Assembly (NCBI GenBank): GCA_963813715.1
Contig: CAWFAK010000016.1
Span: 1-64,000 of the forward strand
DNA length: 64,000 nucleotides
Reading direction: 5' to 3'
Source: an uncultured Planctomycetaceae bacterium
Lineage (GTDB): Bacteria > Planctomycetota > Planctomycetia > Planctomycetales > Planctomycetaceae
Under the pieces are notes generated by a model, which was not told the DNA's origin, ran no database searches, and saw nothing but the letters and a program-made list of their open reading frames with translations. Made by a program: the position numbers and the translations under genes. Every line of letters starts with the position of its first letter. Position 1 is the stretch's first letter. Shown here piece by piece: positions 58,088 through 64,000 of the stretch.

Positions 58088-59470
58088 TTGGGGCTCTTCG
58101 ACCGCCAGGAAGCCAAGAACTTAGAGCGGGCTCTGCCCCTGGCGGCCCGCATGCGGCCCCGGTCAATCGACGAGTTTGCCGGCCAGGAACATTTCCTGGG
58201 ACAGGGCAAGCTGCTGCGGCGGATGCTCGAAGCCGACCGAATCTCGTCGGCGATTTTCTATGGCCCGCCCGGAACCGGGAAGACGTCGCTCGCCCAGGTC
58301 ATCGCTCTGCAGACGCGACGGGATTTTTCGCCACTCAATGCGGCATCAGCCGGCGTCAAAGAGCTAAGGACCGCGCTCGACGAGGCCCGCGATCGACTGG
58401 CAGCGGACGGTCGCCGCACGATCCTGTTCGTCGACGAATTGCATCGCTTCAACCGCACCCAGCAGGAGGTCATGTTGCCGGACGTGGAGGCCGGCGTCGT
58501 GGCGCTGATCGGGGCGACGACCGCCAATCCGTTCTTCTCGCTGGTGTCACCCCTCGTCAGCCGCAGCCAGGTCTTCGAGTTTCAGGCATTGTCGAAAGCC
58601 GACGTGCGGCGTTTGCTCGAACGGGCTTTGACCGATCGCGAGCGAGGCTTGGGCTGCGAACCGGGCCGGGTTACGGACGATGCGCTCGATTTTCTGGCCG
58701 AGGTCTCCGACGGCGACGCCCGCCGGGCCCTCAACGCGCTCGAGGTGGCTGTGCTCTCGACGGCCGAGGGAAGTCGAACCGTCGACATGACCGTCGCTCA
58801 GGATTCGATTCAAAAGAAGGCCATCCAATACGACGCCACCGGCGACGAGCATTTCGACGCGGCCAGCGCATTCATCAAAAGCATGCGGGGCAGCGATCCC
58901 GATGCGGCCGTCTACTGGATGGCGCGGATGCTCGAGGCCGGCGAAGACCCGCGATTCGTCGCGCGACGGCTCGTCATCGCCGCGTCTGAAGACGTGGGCA
59001 ATGCCGACCCGATGGCGCTGGTCGTCGCCAACTCGGCCGCCCAGGCGACGGAGATGGTCGGCATGCCCGAGTGCCGCATCATCCTGTCGCAAGCGGTGAT
59101 TTACGTCGCGATGGCGCCCAAGTCGAACGCGTCGTACGTGGCCATTGATGCGGCGCTCACGGACGTGCGAGAGCGGCGGGTGTTGCCCGTGCCGACTCAC
59201 CTGCGCGACGCCAGCTATCGCGGGGCGAAACGGCTCGGGCACGGGCAAGGTTACCAGTACGCGCACGACGGCCCGGAGGGCTGGGTCGACCAGGACTACC
59301 TCGGCGTCAACCGCGAGTACTATCAGCCGACCGATCGCGGTCTCGAAGCCGAGTTGCGGCGTCGGCTCGAAGAGCTTCGCCAGCGGCGGTCCCCGCAGGG
59401 CGGGCAATCCCCGACGCCGGCCGAGGGATCCGGCAAGCAATCTGCCGCCGGCCCGCGACCCGCTGAGTGA
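58088..59470 (+). CDS. rarA: Replication-associated recombination protein A (RarA/MgsA)
   Basis: PLAARMRP, YGPPGTGKT, FVDELHRFN, IGATTANP, SAFIKSMRGSDPDAA and ASEDVGNADP motifs. Confidence 0.96.
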   Translation: MGLFDRQEAKNLERALPLAARMRPRSIDEFAGQEHFLGQGKLLRRMLEADRISSAIFYGPPGTGKTSLAQVIALQTRRDFSPLNAASAGVKELRTALDEARDRLAADGRRTILFVDELHRFNRTQQEVMLPDVEAGVVALIGATTANPFFSLVSPLVSRSQVFEFQALSKADVRRLLERALTDRERGLGCEPGRVTDDALDFLAEVSDGDARRALNALEVAVLSTAEGSRTVDMTVAQDSIQKKAIQYDATGDEHFDAASAFIKSMRGSDPDAAVYWMARMLEAGEDPRFVARRLVIAASEDVGNADPMALVVANSAAQATEMVGMPECRIILSQAVIYVAMAPKSNASYVAIDAALTDVRERRVLPVPTHLRDASYRGAKRLGHGQGYQYAHDGPEGWVDQDYLGVNREYYQPTDRGLEAELRRRLEELRQRRSPQGGQSPTPAEGSGKQSAAGPRPAE

Positions 59471-59515
59471 TCCATCGCTGCCGCGCCGCCCTGCTTTTCG
59501 GTATGTTGGGCGGGC

Positions 59516-61153
59516 ATGAGCGCTTCATCCCTGGTCGGTCTTGGGCTCGACTTTGGCACGGAATCAGTCCGTGCCCTGCTCGTCGATCTGGAGGGCAACG
59601 AACACGGATCGGCCGTTGTCGACTACGCCCACGGACAGATCACGGAGCGGCTGCCGGCCACAGGCGAAGTGCTGCCGCCCGACTTTGCGCTGCAGCATCC
59701 GCTCGACTGGATCGACGCGGCGGCCGCTGCCGTGCGCAGTGCTTTGGCCTCGGGCAAAGTCGAACCGTCACGCATCTTGGGAATTGGCGTCGACTTTACG
59801 AGTTGCACGATGCTGCCGACGCTCGCCGACGGCACGCCCTTGTGTGTCGATCCGCGCTGGGCGTCCGAGAAATTCGCCTGGCCCAAGCTCTGGAAGCATC
59901 ACGGCGCCAAGTCTCAAACCGACCGCATCAATGCCGTTGCGCGGGAGCGCAAGGAAGGCTGGCTCGACCGCTACGGCGGCACGATCGGCTTGGAATGGTT
60001 CTTCCCGAAAATCCTCGAGACGCTCGAACATTCGCCCCAGGTCTACGACGCAACAGCCATCTGGCTCGAAGCCGGGGACTGGTTCGTGTGGCAACTCGTC
60101 GGAGGCGACGCGGCTCGTTTGCCGCGTTCGACCTGTCAGGCGGGTTACAAAGCGCTCTGGCACTCGCGCGACGGATTTCCATCGGCCGACTACTTCCGGG
60201 CCGTGCATCCGCGACTGGCCAATGTCGTCGCCGAAAAGATGCCCGGCCGCTTTCTCGCCCCAGGTGAGCAAGCGGGCCGGTTGACCCCGGTGATGGCCGA
60301 CCGTTTCCGATTGCCGGCTGGAATCCCTGTTAGCGCGGCCATCATCGATGCCCATGCCGGCGTCCCCGGCGCCGGAGCGGCGGAGCCCGGCACGCTGGTG
60401 ATGGTGCTCGGCACCAGCAGCTGCCACATGCTGAACGCGACGGTCGAGCGGCTCTTTCCGGGAGTTGCCGGAATTGTCGAAGGAGGCATCCTCCCTGGCT
60501 ATTTCGGCTATGAAACGGGGCAGGCGGCGGTCGGCGATGCCTTTGATTGGTTCCGGCGCCTCGTCAACGAACCGAACTTCGAGAGGCTGACGCAAGCGGC
60601 GATCAATCTGCCTCCCGGCGCCGACGGTGTCAAGTGTCTCGACTGGCTGAATGGCTGCCGTACGCCCCTGATGGATGGCTCACTGACCGGGGTTTTTTCA
60701 GGGCTCAGGCTGGGTCACTCGACCGGGCACCTGTATCGCGCGCTGATGGAAGCGTCGGCGTTCGGCCTGAATTGGATCGTCGATTTGCTGCGCCAGTTCG
60801 GCGTCCCGGTCGAACGATTCGTGGCGACCGGCGGTCTGCCGCACCACAATCCGCTACTTGTGCAGATCTACGCCGACGTGCTGGGCGAGCCGATCGCCGT
60901 CCATCCTTGCAAGCACGGGCCGGCGCTCGGAGCCGCCATTCTCGGGGTGCTCGCCGCTGGGCCCGAAGCGAGCGGATTTTCCGAATCGTCACAGGCCATC
61001 GCTGCGATGGCACAGCCCCGCGCGACACACGGCGAACGGGCCTTGCGAATTGTTGCGCCGAATCCCGACGCAACGAAGACGTACGCGTCCCTCTACCACC
61101 ACTATGTGGACCTCGCTGAATCGTTCGCTCCCAAACATTTCGTCACATCTTGA
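59516..61153 (+). CDS. araB: Ribulokinase (FGGY family)
   Basis: GLDFGTESVRA, GVDFTSCT, KLWKHHGA, IIDAHAG, GTSSCH, YETGQAAVGD and LDWLNGCRTP motifs. Confidence 0.9.
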   Translation: MSASSLVGLGLDFGTESVRALLVDLEGNEHGSAVVDYAHGQITERLPATGEVLPPDFALQHPLDWIDAAAAAVRSALASGKVEPSRILGIGVDFTSCTMLPTLADGTPLCVDPRWASEKFAWPKLWKHHGAKSQTDRINAVARERKEGWLDRYGGTIGLEWFFPKILETLEHSPQVYDATAIWLEAGDWFVWQLVGGDAARLPRSTCQAGYKALWHSRDGFPSADYFRAVHPRLANVVAEKMPGRFLAPGEQAGRLTPVMADRFRLPAGIPVSAAIIDAHAGVPGAGAAEPGTLVMVLGTSSCHMLNATVERLFPGVAGIVEGGILPGYFGYETGQAAVGDAFDWFRRLVNEPNFERLTQAAINLPPGADGVKCLDWLNGCRTPLMDGSLTGVFSGLRLGHSTGHLYRALMEASAFGLNWIVDLLRQFGVPVERFVATGGLPHHNPLLVQIYADVLGEPIAVHPCKHGPALGAAILGVLAAGPEASGFSESSQAIAAMAQPRATHGERALRIVAPNPDATKTYASLYHHYVDLAESFAPKHFVTS

Positions 61154-61165
61154 TTCCAGGAAACC

Positions 61166-62851
61166 GTGATGACCACCGAGTCCGAATCCGCGCCATCGAA
61201 TGGAAAGCGGCGGAAGCCGAGCCGGCTTCCGAAAAAGCAGGTCTATCTCGTCGCCAGCGGCGACCTCCGCCTCTCGGCCAACCAGAAGTGCTGGCCCGCG
61301 CAGAAGGAAATGGAGGAAGCGCTGACCCGGGCTGTCGAGGCCGAGGGCTATCAGGTGGTGCGGGCCCATCCCTACTGCGAGAAGGCCGGGCATGGCTTTA
61401 TCGCCTCGCAGCGCGAAGGGATGCGCGTCTTTTCGCAGCTCGATCCGAAGGCGCCGCTCATCGTGGCGGAGGCCGTGTGGCAATACTCGCACCATGTTCT
61501 CGCGGGGTTGATCACGCATCGAGGGCCGATCCTGACCGTGGCCAATTGGTCGGGCACCTGGCCCGGGCTGGTCGGTATGCTGAACCTCAACGGCTCGCTC
61601 ACCAAGGCGGGAGTCGAGTATTCGACCCTTTGGAGCGAGGACTTCACCGACGAGTACTTCACGTCGCGGCTGCACGACTGGTTGCGCAAGGGGAAATGCA
61701 ATCACAAGACGCGGCACGTGGTTCCGCTCAAGAAAGTCAAACTCGGCGCGAAGGAGCGGCGGCTGGGCAAAGAGTTGGCCCGCGTCCTGCAGACCGACAA
61801 GGCCATTCTCGGCGTGTTCGACGAAGGCTGCATGGGCATGTTCAACGCCATCATTCCCGATCGGTTGCTCAATCAAACGGGTGTCTACAAGGAGCGACTG
61901 AGCCAATCGGCCCTGTTTTACGAGTCCGGCCGCGTCAGCGACACCGAGGCCAACGCCGTCCGAAAATGGATGGAAGACCGTGGGATGACGTTCCACACGG
62001 GCTCGCGGCATGACGAAGACCTCACCGACGACCAGATTCGCCAGCAATGCAAGATGTATATCGCCGCGGTGCGGCTGGCCGACGACTTCGGCTGCGACGG
62101 CATCGGCATCCAGTATCAGCAGGGCCTCAAGGACTTGATGCCGGCGAGCGATCTCGTCGAAGGCACGCTCAACAACGCCGAGCGTCCGCCGGTCAAGAGC
62201 CGTGACGGTTCGCGTGAACTCTTCGCCGGAGAGGCGATTCCGCACTTCAACGAAGTCGACGAGTGCGCGGGGCTCGACGCACTCATGACCAATCGCGTGC
62301 ACAAGGCCCTCGCGCAGCCAGTCGAAACGACGTTGCACGACCTGCGCTGGGGCGACGCCGACCGCTCCGGCACCGTGCCCGACTACGTGTGGGTCTTCCT
62401 CATCAGCGGGTCGGCGCCGCCGGCTCATTTTGGCGGCTGGGACCATGCCGACGGGCGTCGCCAGCCCGCCATGTATTTCCCCAACGGCGGCAGCACGCTC
62501 CGCGGCGTGTCGAAGCCGGGGGAAATCGTCTGGTCGCGAATTTTCGTGGAGGACGAGTCGCTCAAGATGGATCTGGGGCGGGCAAAAGTCGTCGAGCTGC
62601 CGCAGGAAGAGACCGAGCGGCGCTGGAACCTCACGACTGTCCAATGGCCCATCATGCATGCCGTCACCTACGGCGTCAGCCGCGACCAGATGATGGCCCG
62701 CCACAAGGCGAACCACATTCAGGTCGCCTACGCCAATAGCGCCGACGAAGCCGACCGTGCATTGAAAGCGAAAGCGGCGATGGCCGAGGAACTGGGAATG
62801 GAGGTCTGCCTCTGCGGCACCGACGCCGACGGCCGGTCGTGGGATAAGTGA
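61166..62851 (+). CDS. L-fucose/arabinose isomerase-like protein
   Basis: [36 protein letters not shown] and [10 protein letters not shown] motifs. It follows ribulokinase. Confidence 0.75.
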   Translation: MMTTESESAPSNGKRRKPSRLPKKQVYLVASGDLRLSANQKCWPAQKEMEEALTRAVEAEGYQVVRAHPYCEKAGHGFIASQREGMRVFSQLDPKAPLIVAEAVWQYSHHVLAGLITHRGPILTVANWSGTWPGLVGMLNLNGSLTKAGVEYSTLWSEDFTDEYFTSRLHDWLRKGKCNHKTRHVVPLKKVKLGAKERRLGKELARVLQTDKAILGVFDEGCMGMFNAIIPDRLLNQTGVYKERLSQSALFYESGRVSDTEANAVRKWMEDRGMTFHTGSRHDEDLTDDQIRQQCKMYIAAVRLADDFGCDGIGIQYQQGLKDLMPASDLVEGTLNNAERPPVKSRDGSRELFAGEAIPHFNEVDECAGLDALMTNRVHKALAQPVETTLHDLRWGDADRSGTVPDYVWVFLISGSAPPAHFGGWDHADGRRQPAMYFPNGGSTLRGVSKPGEIVWSRIFVEDESLKMDLGRAKVVELPQEETERRWNLTTVQWPIMHAVTYGVSRDQMMARHKANHIQVAYANSADEADRALKAKAAMAEELGMEVCLCGTDADGRSWDK

Positions 62852-62951
62852 TTTCTTCGCGGGCTATCCGCGTGACGTCCTTTGCGGCGCCCCTGCAATT
62901 AGAAAGAGAGGCCGCCTTCGGGGGACGGCTTGCTTTCCTGCCGTGCGGCTC

Positions 62952-64000
62952 TCAAGAGACAGCCGCTCGCACGGCCGACATCGCCTCGCGACACAGGGTG
63001 ACGGCCCGCGATTCGTCGGGCACTTCGGCGATCACGCGGAGAATCGGCTCCGTGTTGCTGGCGCGGACCTGGACCCAGCGATCGGGCCAATCGAGGCGAA
63101 GGCCGTCGCCGTGGGTCGGCTTCGCGTCGGAGTATTTTTGCTCGAGCGCCCGGCAGGCCGCCTCGACGCGGTCAGCCGGACAAGTGAGTTTGTCTTTGAC
63201 GATCGAATAGCTGGGGAACGAATCGACCCAGTCGGCAAGCGTTCGGCGTTCGGGTGTCCCAGCGCCGGCGAGTCCGGCCAGAACGTACGCCATGCCGACC
63301 AGGCTATCGCGGACGTAGCCAACTTGCGGCTCGATCACGCCGCCATTTCCCTCGCCGCCCAGAACTGCGCGCATGTCGCGCATTTTGGCCACCACATTGG
63401 CCTCGCCGACGGCCGAGCGATAAAAGGGACTCTTGTGCCGCGCGGCGATGTCAGCGGAGACGCGGCTGGTGGAACCATTCACCACGAGCGGACCGGGCGT
63501 ACGCGCCAGCGCGTAGTCGGCACAGAGCGCCAGCGTCAATTCTTCGCCGATGTAGCGGCCGCGGTTGTCCACAATCGCCAGCCGATCAGCGTCCGGGTCT
63601 TGCGCGAAGCCGACGTCCGCTCCGCGACTTCGCACGGCGTCGCACAGGCCGCTGAGATTTTCTTTCAAGGGCTCGGCCGGGTGTTCGAACGCGCCGTCAG
63701 GCGTGCCGCCGAGCACGACCGCGTCGCAGCCCAGCGCTTCCAAGAGCTTTGGTCCCAGCACGCTGCCGGAGCCGTGATTGCAGTCGAGCACGACCTTGAG
63801 TCGTCGTTTCCGGATCGAATCGACGTCGACCAGCTCGAGCACCCGCGCCACGTGCGCGGTCCCGGCGTCCGGGCGATCCTCGGTGCGTCCCAGCGAATTC
63901 CAGCGCGCGAGTTCCAGTGAGTCCTGACTGAGCAAGGCCAACAGCGCTTTGCCGCGGGCTTCGTCGAAGACGGCGCCTTCGCTCGAGAACGGCTTGAGGC
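62952..64000 (-). CDS. Phosphoglucosamine mutase / phosphomannomutase family (5' end beyond the window)
   Basis: DCNHGSG, QDPDADRL metal loop, VGEANV, GGEGNGG and VRASNTEP. The frame is open to the window edge (LKPF). Confidence 0.92.
   Translation of the reverse strand, partial: LKPFSSEGAVFDEARGKALLALLSQDSLELARWNSLGRTEDRPDAGTAHVARVLELVDVDSIRKRRLKVVLDCNHGSGSVLGPKLLEALGCDAVVLGGTPDGAFEHPAEPLKENLSGLCDAVRSRGADVGFAQDPDADRLAIVDNRGRYIGEELTLALCADYALARTPGPLVVNGSTSRVSADIAARHKSPFYRSAVGEANVVAKMRDMRAVLGGEGNGGVIEPQVGYVRDSLVGMAYVLAGLAGAGTPERRTLADWVDSFPSYSIVKDKLTCPADRVEAACRALEQKYSDAKPTHGDGLRLDWPDRWVQVRASNTEPILRVIAEVPDESRAVTLCREAMSAVRAAVS

Overview
High-GC bacterial chromosomal segment, most likely from a Planctomycetota genome. 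This is inferred from a short ~110-nt 5S rRNA, a 23S-5S unit with no 16S, and planctomycete-type PQQ-propeller, WD40, sulfatase and STN-domain proteins. It is mostly core genes: hpnC/hpnD, an RRM protein, a GT2, tRNA-Gly, tRNA-Ile/tRNA-Ala/23S/5S, tsaD, an S41 protease, an AddAB-like pair, bshB1-like, trpF, a sulfatase, an LPS kinase/methyltransferase/GT4 cluster, an orphan ftsW, a probable 6S RNA, rarA, araB plus an isomerase, and a partial phosphohexomutase. The most notable items are: (i) a lone HUH/Y1 (RAYT-like) transposase bracketed by inverted CGAG-led REP-like hairpins with compensatory substitutions, plus a third dispersed copy; (ii) a VWA-STN-Gly-rich / TPR-secretin-fragment locus whose halves join by a -1 shift at an A9 run; (iii) a 16S-less rRNA unit with its own internal promoter and a 23S lacking helices H8/H9; (iv) several unusual fusion proteins. 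About 17 apparent small frameshifts, some in housekeeping genes, suggest uncorrected long-read indels, so every split-gene interpretation needs read-level checking. No CRISPR array, integrase or prophage was seen. All family calls come from motif recognition by eye; no searches were run.
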